Source: Octopus vulgaris (taxonomy: Eukaryota). Taken from it: 64,000 nucleotides of DNA. Below, piece after piece: positions 53,744-64,000 of the stretch (positions are counted from its first letter, which is position 1; every line of letters starts with the position of its first letter). The notes under the pieces were generated by a model. That model had not been told where the DNA came from. It saw only the letters and a list, made by a program, of their open reading frames with translations, and did no database searches. Where the stretch lies: the NCBI GenBank assembly GCA_951406725.2, contig OX597826.1, positions 22,506,001 through 22,570,000 on the forward strand. Reading direction: 5' to 3'. The position numbers and the translations under genes are program-made.

Positions 53744-53854
53744 TTTGTAGCACAAACTTCGCATAGCTTTTCTAAGTGTTCCATTACTAATTTTATATTC
53801 TCTGTAACGTATTAAACAATAAATATTATCCACTTTAGTCTCCAGTGCTAACAT
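53744..53854 (-). CDS. DCAF17: DCAF17-like coding exon 1 (MLALETKVDNIYCLIRYREYKISNGTLRKAMRSLCYK)
   Basis: 111-nt ATG-started frame ending at AAA|gtaagt donor, phase 0; resembles recalled human N-terminus (NVCSRLSRR...LRALVCQ); joins exon 2 in frame. Confidence 0.75.
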
Positions 53855-54232
53855 AATCAGAAGGGGAAGAACCCTTCAGACACCGACAGAAACGGTGATT
53901 CAGATTTTATTTTCTTTTTACATTTATTTCCATTTTATAATTTTGAATCTTTATTGTTAAAACATGGAATATAATGCACTGTGTCGTTTTCATACGTCTC
54001 TTAATGCTTTTTTGAGTTTAAATCCTACAAGGTTAACTTTTGTCATTCATCTTCTGAGTTGGAGAGAATAAAATACTTGTCATAAGTATTGTTGTGTTTG
54101 TTAAAAAATTCATAAACACTCTTGCGGCGCGGCACTTACGGAAAATGTTTTCTACTGCAAGATGATCGTCGTGTGTAAGCGTATATAGTGCTGAGATACA
54201 ACTCGCAGATGCTAAAGAATGCATGGTCAGTA

Positions 54233-54356
54233 TACAAGTGTAGCTAGGGCGGTAGGGGCGGCACTTTTGGGTCTGCTGTAGGCAATATGTGTTGGGGCCC
54301 GGAGGCGGCAAACGGATCGTCCGCCCCGGGCGAAACACACTCTAGCTACGCTAGTG
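54233..54356. mobile_element. hAT-type MITE
   Basis: Imperfect 15-bp TIR (TACAAGTGTAGCTAG / CTAGCTACGCTAGTG); 8-bp TSD GGTCAGTA/GGTCAGTG. Confidence 0.7.
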
Positions 54357-54479
54357 GGTCAGTGATGTTTCTAGGGTCCCAGGAGGGATCGTTTCCTTTT
54401 GAACGGCACTTTGTAACATAATTTCTAGGTAACTAAAAAGTTTTTAACTTCGTATACTGGTAGAATGTGTTTATAAAAC

Positions 54480-54759
54480 TGTTGTGTGTGCGCGATTTGA
54501 ATATAGAGGCACCTACCTTCTCTTCCTATTGACGGAGACCCTTCAGTGGTAACTAGTCCTTCGACACAGCCCCAACCCGAACACTAACAATAGCAGCTGC
54601 TAGCCTAAAACCTTAGCGACGTCCTCACACGTCTTGTCACCTGCACGACCCACGTTGGAAAAGCCCAATTGACCGCTCCCTGCGCACGCCTGACGGCTTC
54701 CCCCCTTCAGGTTGCCCCAGCTTCCGGTCAACGCACCCAGCTGCTGACGTCATCCCACA
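54480..54759 (-). repeat. 3' LTR (280 bp)
   Basis: Preceded on minus strand by purine-rich GAGATCAGGGTGGCG (PPT-like); about 9 substitutions and a 7-bp indel versus the 5' LTR by eye. Confidence 0.95.
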
Positions 54760-54849
54760 CGCCACCCTGATCTCAAAGATCACAATCTCTCCGCTCCATG
54801 TCGTAGTCCACCATCCAACCGGGAGAGCGCCTCTCTCGTCGAGATCTTC

Positions 54850-57387
54850 TCAAGCTGGGCTCCTAGTTCTCCCCTCTCCAGAATCATCGTCCGTCGAAGC
54901 GACAATCCTGCGAAGGTCCAAGACGTGTCGTGGTGTTCCATCTACGGATACGTTGTTTCTGGAATTGACCGCCGTCACCGTTCCTTTGCTCCATTGAGAT
55001 GTACAGCGCGCCTTTGTTGGCTTGACCCAGACTTCTTCCCCTATTTTCACGCGAACGGGTCCCTTCTCTTCCTCGTGACCCTCCGGCGCTTTGCTCGGGT
55101 GCCTCCATTCATATTTGAACACAGCTCTCTGCGGCACAGATTCCTCAGCTTGTCCGGATCGGGGAGACAAGTTGTACCAAAAAACTGCTTCAAGCGGCGA
55201 AATGTGCCCTCTTTCCGCTATGGCCTTGACTGTCCGATGGTGCCTCTCCACGATCCCGTTACCGCTCGGCCTATACGCTGCTCTGAACAAGCATCGCACA
55301 TTCCACCGATCAAGCATAACCCTCAATGCTTCCGAACGAAACGCCGCCCCGTTGTCCATCAGTAGTTCTTCCACGGGACCTCTCTCTAAAAATATCCCGT
55401 TCAGAATCTGCGCGATCTCGTCAGCAATGCCCGATCTCAACTCCCTCCAAATGGCCAGCCGGCAGTCGACCATGGAGAGATACATTCGCTGACGGTAGTG
55501 TGTCACATCCACAGCTAGCCTTTTCCAGTTCTGCTCCACGGAAAGGCTTCCCTGTTCATGCCCACACGGAGCAGGGTCGATGGACTGACACCTGTCGCAG
55601 CTCCCGACCACCTTCCGGACGCTTCTCCTAGTGACGTCAGCATCAATTTTTTTCGCCAGATACAGGGTCCTGTCCACACCCAGGTGATGCATAGCATGCA
55701 GTTTCTTCAGTTCAGAGTCATCCAACCGACACGCCGCAGCTATCCCTTTCCGGGCCTCCTCCGGTTCTTCCAACCACGCTCTTTTCACCCTGGTCAGTAC
55801 GTCCGCCCTGTTTTTCTCCGAAGGCACAAAAACCACGTTCAGCTTCAGTCCGACCTCGGCGATCAATTCACCTAGAACTCCTAGACGGCGCTTCACTAAC
55901 ATCTCCGCAGCACCTTTCGTCCGCACTCTCCTGTCACCGGTGATCACCGATCCTACCCAGCCAAGCACAGTGGCCGAATCCGTCCGGATTTCAATCGTGC
56001 GCAGCCCCCATTTCAAGGCCAAGTTCACCCCTTTCAGCAGCGCGTCTAATTCGGCGACATTGATGTGGTTGAAATCATCTGCTTTCCGAAGCCAGGCCGC
56101 GTCCTCCACCGCAGCGCCTTCGATTGCCAACACCACCCCTATCGCTATACAGCTAGCATCACACCAGACGGTCCCGCATTCCGTCTTGGGCACGTACCAG
56201 TTCCCCCTGACCGGGTCTTCCGCTCTCGTCCTCTCTAGGATTTCCTGCATCATCGCCACCGTCCCTTCTCCCACCTTGATGCCCCACCTCTCCCCTTCTG
56301 CTCGTCTCTTGGTGTAACTACACGCCGTGCGCAGCCATCCAGCGATCGGGTAGTGACCGACCAACTTCCCACACACCGAGAACAGCTCTCTCCTGCTGAC
56401 ACTGGAACTCAGCTCTGGGATTTCATTTCCTCTCCGGAACACCAATTCACCTGATCCATCTCTTCGCAGCTTCAGCCCCAGCGCGGCTCCCCCTTCAATC
56501 GACTCCGGTGGCTTAGCAATCAGTCCGAACCTCTCCAGATGTCTAACTACCTCGTCGGCTGGCACTACAGTTTCGTCCACCAAAATGTCGTCAATGTAGG
56601 AGCTGGTGGCCTTTCTAATCTTGCCGTCTTTCCCTAGGACGGACCTAAGCACTGCCGCCATGATCTTCGGAGCGGAATTCAGCCCGAAACCCAGCCTGGT
56701 TAGACAGTACGTCCGGCCCTTGTACCGCACCAGCTGATATCGCCACAGTTTGTCGCTCACATGGAGCTGCAAGTATGCCGATCTCAAGTCGACAATCGTC
56801 GCTGCCTCGGTCGACTGTCTCCACTTACGTAATGCCTCGCCACAAACGTCTGTCGCCTCACCTCCCGTGTGACACGATATATGCTGGTTTAGCTCCCTGA
56901 AGTCCAGCACCGGTCTGACTTTTCCCTTCGTAGGCTGCACCACCGCCATCAGGGGTAGCACTCCGCCCACTACCTCCTCCTTCCAAGGGACAAGGACCCC
57001 TTCCTCGATCCACCTCTCCACCTCGTCTTCAAACTCGACCCTGGCGTGGCCTTTCAGGGTATGCTGGTAACAGCTCACCCTGTTTTCCAGCGTCGGGGGC
57101 TCGTCCTTCCATCGCCACTCTATCGTCCACCGCTGACCATCGAACGCCGCCTGAAAGTCTTTGTCCTCGATGGTGTAAGCGGCGCAGTCCCTCGCGGGGC
57201 TCTGCTCTCTCTGGCGATCCTGACTCGCAGTGCACGACGCCCCCACGCTTCCGAACGTGACCTCATTTCCCACAACACTGACGCCACCGAGGCAGTTGAT
57301 GGCGTCCATCCCCATCACCACATCAACTCCATCTATCACGCGTTCGGCCACAATTGCCTGCAGCCTTAGCGTCGCGCCGCGCACCAC
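54850..57387 (-). CDS. Gypsy Pol (protease C-half, RT, RNase H, integrase), open for 845 aa
   Basis: RPVLDFRELN, DLRSAYLQ, LGFGL, YIDD, WCDAS/AEL/TDS/AD RNase H, H..HH..CDRC, D-D-E (AVDV, MDNG, IVER). Confidence 0.93.
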   Translation of the reverse strand: MVRGATLRLQAIVAERVIDGVDVVMGMDAINCLGGVSVVGNEVTFGSVGASCTASQDRQREQSPARDCAAYTIEDKDFQAAFDGQRWTIEWRWKDEPPTLENRVSCYQHTLKGHARVEFEDEVERWIEEGVLVPWKEEVVGGVLPLMAVVQPTKGKVRPVLDFRELNQHISCHTGGEATDVCGEALRKWRQSTEAATIVDLRSAYLQLHVSDKLWRYQLVRYKGRTYCLTRLGFGLNSAPKIMAAVLRSVLGKDGKIRKATSSYIDDILVDETVVPADEVVRHLERFGLIAKPPESIEGGAALGLKLRRDGSGELVFRRGNEIPELSSSVSRRELFSVCGKLVGHYPIAGWLRTACSYTKRRAEGERWGIKVGEGTVAMMQEILERTRAEDPVRGNWYVPKTECGTVWCDASCIAIGVVLAIEGAAVEDAAWLRKADDFNHINVAELDALLKGVNLALKWGLRTIEIRTDSATVLGWVGSVITGDRRVRTKGAAEMLVKRRLGVLGELIAEVGLKLNVVFVPSEKNRADVLTRVKRAWLEEPEEARKGIAAACRLDDSELKKLHAMHHLGVDRTLYLAKKIDADVTRRSVRKVVGSCDRCQSIDPAPCGHEQGSLSVEQNWKRLAVDVTHYRQRMYLSMVDCRLAIWRELRSGIADEIAQILNGIFLERGPVEELLMDNGAAFRSEALRVMLDRWNVRCLFRAAYRPSGNGIVERHHRTVKAIAERGHISPLEAVFWYNLSPRSGQAEESVPQRAVFKYEWRHPSKAPEGHEEEKGPVRVKIGEEVWVKPTKARCTSQWSKGTVTAVNSRNNVSVDGTPRHVLDLRRIVASTDDDSGEGRTRSPA

Positions 57388-57445
57388 TATCTCTACCTTG
57401 CTGCTGCCTCTGCAACGGATTTCGCTGCCGTCGACCGCCCGGACA

Positions 57446-58343
57446 CTACTCCACCCCGTTCCATTTCTTCGTCACCCTCGAAGTCACCAGGGTGGTCGTA
57501 CAGCCCGTATCCACAAGGGCCTTGAACGTCTCCCCCTCGGCCTCCACGTCAATCAATGGCAGCGTCTCCAATAGCGCCTCTACTCGTTTGCGGGGAAAGT
57601 TCGAGATGCAGCAACTTCCACGCGGTCGTTTCCCTGGTCGCAATCACGGGCAATGTGCTCTGTCTGCTTGCATCGATAGCAAACGGGCCCCGGCTGCGTA
57701 CAGTCCCGCGCCATGTGCGGTCCCTGGCATCTAAAACACCGTCCTGAGAACGGCCGCTCTCGTCGCATGGTAAGCTTCGTACCTCTTTCTCGGGACGTCG
57801 TCCGTCTTTACGCGCCTCCGTCACCGCCATCGCTATCGCCTTCCGCCCAGAGTGTCTCGTCAACACGCGAGCCTGAGCCACAAGTTCGCTCAGCGGCATC
57901 TTTTTAATCCCGGGCAGTCGTTGTAGGTGAATCCCTACATTGTCGGGGAACCCATTCACAAACGCCAGCCGGGCTGCTCTCTCCAGCCCTTCTCCAGCAA
58001 ACCCAGCCAAAGTCGCTAACCTTCTAACTTCTGATGCATAGTCATCCACTTGGCCTCCCGTCCACCTGATTGCACCTAGCTTAGCAAAAGCTGTGTACTC
58101 GCATTCCGTGAAGGCATCCCGCAAGCGTCGCTCTATGTTCTCCTCGCTGAGCCGTTCCTCTTCATCCATCTCTAGGTATAGCGTTAAGGCGCTCCCTTCT
58201 AAAAACAGCGCCATAAGACTCGCCACATCGCTTATACCTTGTAGTTTTGCCACCAGCCTGATTTTGCGAATCCAGGCCACTACATCGCCTTCGCCATTAA
58301 AAGGTCTGACGACGTCGCTGGCGATCCTAATTTTTGCAGACAT
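57446..58343 (-). pseudogene. Gypsy gag with two CCHC knuckles and protease N-half, frameshifted
   Basis: MSAKIRIAS start; CFRCQGPHMARDC and CYRCKQTEHIARDC in another frame; ALVDTGC protease in the -1 frame. Confidence 0.88.
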
Positions 58344-58383
58344 CGTGTTGAAATGTAAATGTTTAAGAACGGCCGAAATACTT

Positions 58384-58656
58384 TGTTGTGTGTGCGCGAT
58401 TTGAATATAGAGGCACCTACCTTTTCTTCCTAGTGACGGAGACCCTCCAGTGGTCCTTCGACACAGCCTCAACCCGAACACTAACGATAGCAGCTGCTAG
58501 CCCAAAACCTTAGCGACGTCCTCACACGTCTTGTCACCTGCACGACCCACGTTGGAAAAGCCCAATTGACCGCTCCCTGCGCACGCCTGACGGCTTCCCC
58601 CCTTCCGGTTGCCCCAGCTTCCGGTCAACACACCCAGCTGCTGACTTCATCCCACA
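58384..58656 (-). repeat. 5' LTR (273 bp)
   Basis: Direct repeat of 54480-54759; gag ATG follows ~40 nt downstream. Confidence 0.95.
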
Positions 58657-60104
58657 AAAACATCATTTTCTCTTGGCTTTATTGAGAAAATTCTATAGTT
58701 TGTAAGATATTTCGTCTGAAATTTCTTGCATTTCGGCAATTTTAACCAATCAATTACCTCCATTGACGTAAATAACATTCTGTGCATAATGAATATGTCC
58801 CTCCTTTAAGAAACAGATTGGGTTTATTTACATTTGTGAAGAAAAAAGATACCCTTCCCCCACCCCTAACCCTAATCCTAACCCTAACTCTAACCCTAAC
58901 CCTAACTCTCACCCTAAATCTAAAATAGATTGAAATGCAATAGATCGATACTAGGGTTATAATTATGGGTGACAATTTCATACGACACCGCTACGGAAAA
59001 TGGGATTTTTTCTAGCGGTGTCAAATGAAAATGTCACCCATAATTATGGCCCTAGTATCGATCTATTGCATTTCAATCTATTTTAGATTTAGGGTTAGGG
59101 TTAGGGGTGGAGGAAGAGTATCTTTTTTCTTCACAAATGTAAATAAACCCAATCTGTTTCTTAAAGGAGGGACATATTCATTATGCACAGAATGTTATTT
59201 ACGTCAATGGAGGTAACTGATTGGTTAAAATTGCCGAAATGCAAGAAATTTCAGACGAAATATCTTACAAACTATAGAATTTTCTCAATAAAGCCAAGAG
59301 AAAATGATGTTTTATAAACACATTCTACCAGTATACGAAGTTTAAAACTTTTTAGTTACCTAGAAATTATGTTACATAGTGCCGTTCAAAAGGAAAAGAT
59401 CCTCCCCGGAGTTTTCGGCGATTGAATTCATACCTATCAAGTAAACTACAACACTTGACTTTTAACGCTTATATTCTCTATCCCATTAATCCATGGGAAC
59501 GGCTTGTATAAATGAGACTGACACGTATAAATATCAGTAAATTAAGCGACATCACAAGTAGGAGAATAACTAATACGAGAATATTCTTAGTATGAACAAC
59601 AGAATGAGAACAATCTAGCCCCGTAGATTTAACGAAGAGCTAAGTTCAGAATTCCAAGAATGCTATTTCATACGATAGGCACCCGAAGACTATAATACTT
59701 GAGATGAAAGAACTAAACCGAATATGTCAGAGTATAGCTTTAGTTTAAGCTACACAAACAATCAATGGAAAACCAGAGTGCGCTGGTGAAAGATTTATTC
59801 AGTTACTTTTAGTTAAATACATGAGGGCGAGAGCCGTCGGTCAACTAGTGCTTCGAAGAAGTCCCGCCTAACCGGAAGTCTGCTTCATTGCAGACCAGCT
59901 CTCTAGCTAGCCCGCAGCGAAATTCCTGTCTACAGTTCGTCCGTCATAAGTCCTTGGGCAGTGACCTACGTATAGCTCCCCGCCACCAGAACTGTTGGCT
60001 GTTATTGAAACCGGGAAGGTGTTTTAACTGCTGTGCCCGTGCGTGTGGTTACTCGGCTCTTTGGTGACTGTTCGTTGCCAAGGGCTGTCAACTATCTGAT
60101 TACT

Positions 60105-60750
60105 TATCAATCTGGTGGGCACATGGGACCGGTGTATGCTAGTAAATGCAAAATCTTTCCGGGTGGAATAATATGCAACACGACATAGGCTAGTAGTTAG
60201 TGACTTCAGACTTAGGGCCAGAAGGGTTCGGAGACGCAAGCCGGTATGGAAAAGGAGGTTGTGGAAGCTCAAGGATCCTTCAAATGGGCAAAGGTTTAGA
60301 GATGTTCTTAATTAAGCCTCGGACGAGGAGGAGGAAGATATAGAGACAGAAGATGTAATGGACAACTGGGAGTTACTAAGGGACAATCTACAGAAGGTAA
60401 CAGAACAAGACTGTGGCTGGAGCAAAACCTCTGCTAGACCAAGGGTGACACGGTGGTGGAGCAATGACGTTTACAGGGGGCATAAAAGAAAAGAGACGGG
60501 TCTGAAATGAATGGAAAAGAGCGAGTAGCAAAAAATCATATCAGAAAGCTAAAAGGAAGCTAGATTTACCTAGCCATAGCAGAAGCAGACAGGAAGAGGT
60601 TTGCCAATGTCCTGCAGCGTGGAGCTCAGAGACTTAGGGTGTTCCGGTTTGCGAGACAGTGTCTCAGAGAGAATCGAAATATTGTTGGGGAAACGTGTGT
60701 ATGGATGGATAATGATATGCTTGCACTTAGTGATTCAGACAAGAAAAAGG
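60105..60750 (+). mobile_element. Old RTE fragment
   Basis: HRLVVSDFRLRA, WKLKD, TRWWSN remnants. Confidence 0.8.
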
Positions 60751-61269
60751 GGCTCATAGGTAGTTGTGACTTACCTATCTAACTAACTATACTGCTATAC
60801 CGCAGTGGACTTTATAACAGTCCGACGTTGGATTACAACAGGGTACAACTCATTTTTGCCAGCTGAGTGGACTGGAGCAACGTGAAATAAAATGTCTTGC
60901 TCAAGCACACAATGCTCGGCCAGGAATCGAACTGACGACTTTATGACTGTGAGCTGAATACCGAAACCAGTAATCCACCCGGCTTCACCGGAAAGTCCTA
61001 GACGCCACAGCTGATGTTAAAAAAATGCTTACCTAAAAGGAAGTTATTGGATTTACTCAGACAAGGAGACAAGGGCTAGGTAAAGCAAAATGCAAGACTA
61101 CAGGTAACGACCGTCAAACTTGATAATCAAAGAAGTAAAGAAAGAGGGAGACAAAATGAAACACACAAAAGCAGTACAACTGTCTCAACAAGGACAGTGA
61201 GCAAATTAGGGCAATTCATTGCAAAGGCCACTTACATGCAACGATGTGCGGAAGATGGCACCAACTTAG

Positions 61270-61900
61270 ATTGAACTTCGCCTTACTGGTCATCCATAAC
61301 GACAAACTAATAGAACCTTTCACAGTTCAAACTGGTGTAAGGCAAAGTTGCCAACTGTCACCAATGATGTTTTTGCTAGTAATCGACTAGATCATGAATG
61401 AGGTAATACCAAGAAGTGACACTGGGATCAGATGGATAGCCGTGAAACAACTGGAAGATCTCTGTTATGCAGAAGACCTAGGGCTGCTATTACATGACCA
61501 CCAGGAGATGCAGTCCAAAGTCACGAAGTTAATTGAAAAGGCGATGAAAATGGAACTCTGAGTGAACCAGAACAAGATGGAATTTTTGAGTTTGAACACC
61601 TGTCACCAGAAACCGATTTGAAATGGAAGTGAAGCCCACCGGAAACCGTAAAGTTTGTGTATCTAGACAGCATCGTATCAAAGACGGGTATGACATTGGG
61701 GGATGTGAGGCTCAGGATCGGGGAGGTCTGGCATGCTTTCAACATTCTTCGGCCGGTTCCAACCTTAAAGTTATATACCTCAACACATAAGTCCGCATTT
61801 TCAATTCCAATGTCAAGGCCATTCTTCTTTACGAATCAGAAACCATCAATGTTTCATGTGAAGAGATCTTCACAATCGTTCAAGCGTTCAACTTGGAAAT
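61270..61900 (+). mobile_element. Decayed LINE RT fragment of a different RTE-like family
   Basis: TGVRQSCQLSPMMFLLVID, LEDLCYAEDL, FVYLDS remnants. Confidence 0.7.
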
Positions 61901-62106
61901 GTTAATACCGGTCTTAATTTTGGATGGTCTGCACGAGTTACACGAGATTGAACGAGATTTCGAAATAAATCAGAGATAACTTATGAATATCTTGATTATT
62001 ATCTCCCTTGAATTTTGCAAGAAATTGTGTTTACCCAAGATCAATTAATTATCTTAGGCGAGAACGCTCATGCACGCCCGTATTTATAAATATAGGCGTG
62101 CATGTA

Positions 62107-62164
<58 letters not shown>

Positions 62165-62299
62165 AGAGTGTGTGTGTGTGTGTGTGTGTGTACGTGTGTG
62201 CGCATGTGCGCGCGCGCGTATGTGTGTGGACTGAAAAATTCATAATCTGTATACGAATTAGTGATGCTTGAACTATGAATATATGCATGCATTAATTTC

Positions 62300-63384
62300 A
62301 ACTCGTCCTATAAATGACTACATTGTTTCTTTCCAGCGAACTGACATCCGACTCTTCAAAGAAAACTCTAAAAGTAACTAATAGCGACATTTCTTGAAAA
62401 TGAACAAAATTTGGCATTGTGGTATTATCAAATATCTGCAGAAAAGGATTTAGCCCCCAACAGCATTCATTCCTACACTAGGTGATGACGCTTCAACTTT
62501 ATCAACAGTGCAAAAGTGGGCCACTGAATTTAGGAGGGGAAGGAAGAGTCTTGGAGATGGCCCAAGGTTTTGACGTCCTGCAATTGCCAATACCGAGGAA
62601 AACATTGATCGTGTTCATCACATGCTAATGAATGACAAGCGATTGAACTTGGCATAACGAAGGTGTCTGTTCAGTAGGTACCAGGGAAAATCTGACATTG
62701 TTTGAGGCAGATCCAGTTGATTTCCTTGAACGTTTCCAAATCCAGGATGAATGCTGGCTTCAAACTTTGAGCCAGAGACAAAGTGACAATCCATGCAGTG
62801 GAAGTACCATCTCACCTGCTCCAAAGAAGGCCAAGGTCGACTTATTTGGAGGGAAAGTGATGGCCTCACTTTTTTTGAGATGCAAAAGGCATTGTGTTAA
62901 TTTACTATTTTTAAAAGGGCTGCACTATCAGTGAAGAGTACTTGCCGAGGCAGTTATGAAGAGCTAACAAGACGAAACACACAGGAAAACTAACGAAAAG
63001 GGTCCTGTTTTATCAGAGCAATGCTCCAGTACACAAGTCCTTGGTTTCAATGGCTACTGTGCGTGACTGTGTCTTTGAAGTGGCTGATTACTGTCCCTAT
63101 TCTCCTGATTTGGCCTCATCTGACTATCAACTGTTACGGAACAAGAAAAGACACCTGGTCGAGAACAGGTATCGCAGTGATGATAACGTCATATCTGCTG
63201 TTGATGACTTTTTTTTTACCGATAGATTAAAGTTTATTCAGCAATGGAATCCAAGCACTGCAACACCAATGGAAGAAGTGGGTAGGCCGCAAGAGGGACT
63301 ATTTTGAAAAATAAATCACATTTCGACATATTCCATGAGACTGTCTTGATCATATCCTATGAACTTTTCAGCCGACCCACTTGC
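62300..63384 (+). mobile_element. Decayed mariner transposon
   Basis: STVQKWATEFRRGRKSL HTH, GKVMASLF, NAPVHKS, PYSPDLASSDY. Confidence 0.85.
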
Positions 63385-63395
63385 ATGCATACATG

Positions 63396-64000
63396 TGTAA
63401 CGAGACTTAGTGTGAATATCTTCTCTTGTACTTTCGGGGTACAAGAGGCAATCACTATTCGTTGCTTTAATAATCCAGAATTCTACCAGTCAGAAACAAC
63501 AAGACGCAGACGTAAATAATATATATACTACTTTATTCTCTAATGTGGTAACAGTAACAATAAGTGGTTATCTGATGTCCTTGGTTCTGGGCGCGCAAGG
63601 CTGAAAGTTAATCGATTGTAATATTTACAATGCTCAGCCGCTAAAACAGAACGGGTTAAAGATGGCGTCCGGAACAGGGAAGATGAATGTGGTCGGCAAC
63701 AATTTGGTGAAAACCTTCGGCCGACTGCTATCAGAGCTAACAGCGAGAAAATAGACGTCCGTCGCCTTCGGTCGCTGCTGTCCCAAGTTCCTGGCTGCTG
63801 CTGCTAGCGGTCAAACGTTCTACGACCCCCTTGCCTTGGCTAACTACCACGTAGGCAAAAGGGTCGTGCTTCCGGTGGTTCGCGCATGCGCGAGAGGGCC
63901 CTTCCTTGCTGTGCCTTGGTGAAGGCACCAACACTCGCACGCGCGAAATAGAAAATGGACGGTGCGTGCGCGCACCGTTATAGGATCACTACAAGGCTCC
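63396..64000. mobile_element. Probable LTR of another retrotransposon running off the window
   Basis: Abrupt TGTAAC start, reverse AATAAA, GC/CpG-rich non-coding sequence; partner not visible. Confidence 0.4.

Larger units (their letters stand above)
54480..58656 (-). mobile_element. Structurally complete Ty3/Gypsy LTR retrotransposon (4177 bp)
   Basis: LTRs 58384-58656 and 54480-54759 (TG..CA), TSD AAAAC (54475-79, 58657-61), gag-PR-RT-RH-IN order. Confidence 0.96.
54386..59402. mobile_element. Foldback (Mutator-like) palindromic element, ~840 bp once the nested Gypsy is removed
   Basis: Arms 54386-54479 + 58662-59000 and 59008-59402 are inverted copies; ends GGATC..GATCC; 9-bp TSD TCCCAGGAG/TCCCCGGAG. 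Confidence 0.85.

Noticed and set aside
58754-59216. Two mirror ORFs MK(L/M)SPII...RVRVR
   Set aside because: Artefact of the palindrome; RV runs are translated TTAGGG.
63662-63754. ATGGCG-started short ORF as first exon of a divergent host gene
   Set aside because: Stops after 30 codons, no convincing donor or recognisable protein; context looks LTR-like.

Overview
AT-rich, repeat-saturated eukaryotic (non-bacterial) DNA; the SINE/RTE repertoire and (TA)n load suggest an octopus or related coleoid (inference). One host gene is readable and is missed by the ORF track: the first five coding exons of a DCAF17 orthologue on the minus strand (53854 to 36020), all GT-AG and phase-compatible. No further exon was found, so 1-36019 is probably intron. 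The rest is transposon-derived: about 13 RTE-clade LINE copies whose RT carries an inserted C4HC3 (PHD-like) finger, a CR1/L2-type LINE sharing its 3' tail with a SINE, tRNA-derived SINEs, four Helitrons (one with a Pif1 helicase remnant), Tc1/mariner relics and a decayed Gypsy. A structurally complete GC-rich Gypsy (two LTRs, 5-bp TSD, -1 frameshift site, no tRNA PBS) is nested in a TTAGGG-bearing foldback element about 0.6 kb upstream of the DCAF17 start. Two type-I hammerhead ribozyme motifs sit inside inverted-repeat non-coding elements (Penelope-like/retrozyme-like), both on the DCAF17 sense strand. All comparisons were made by eye; no searches were run.
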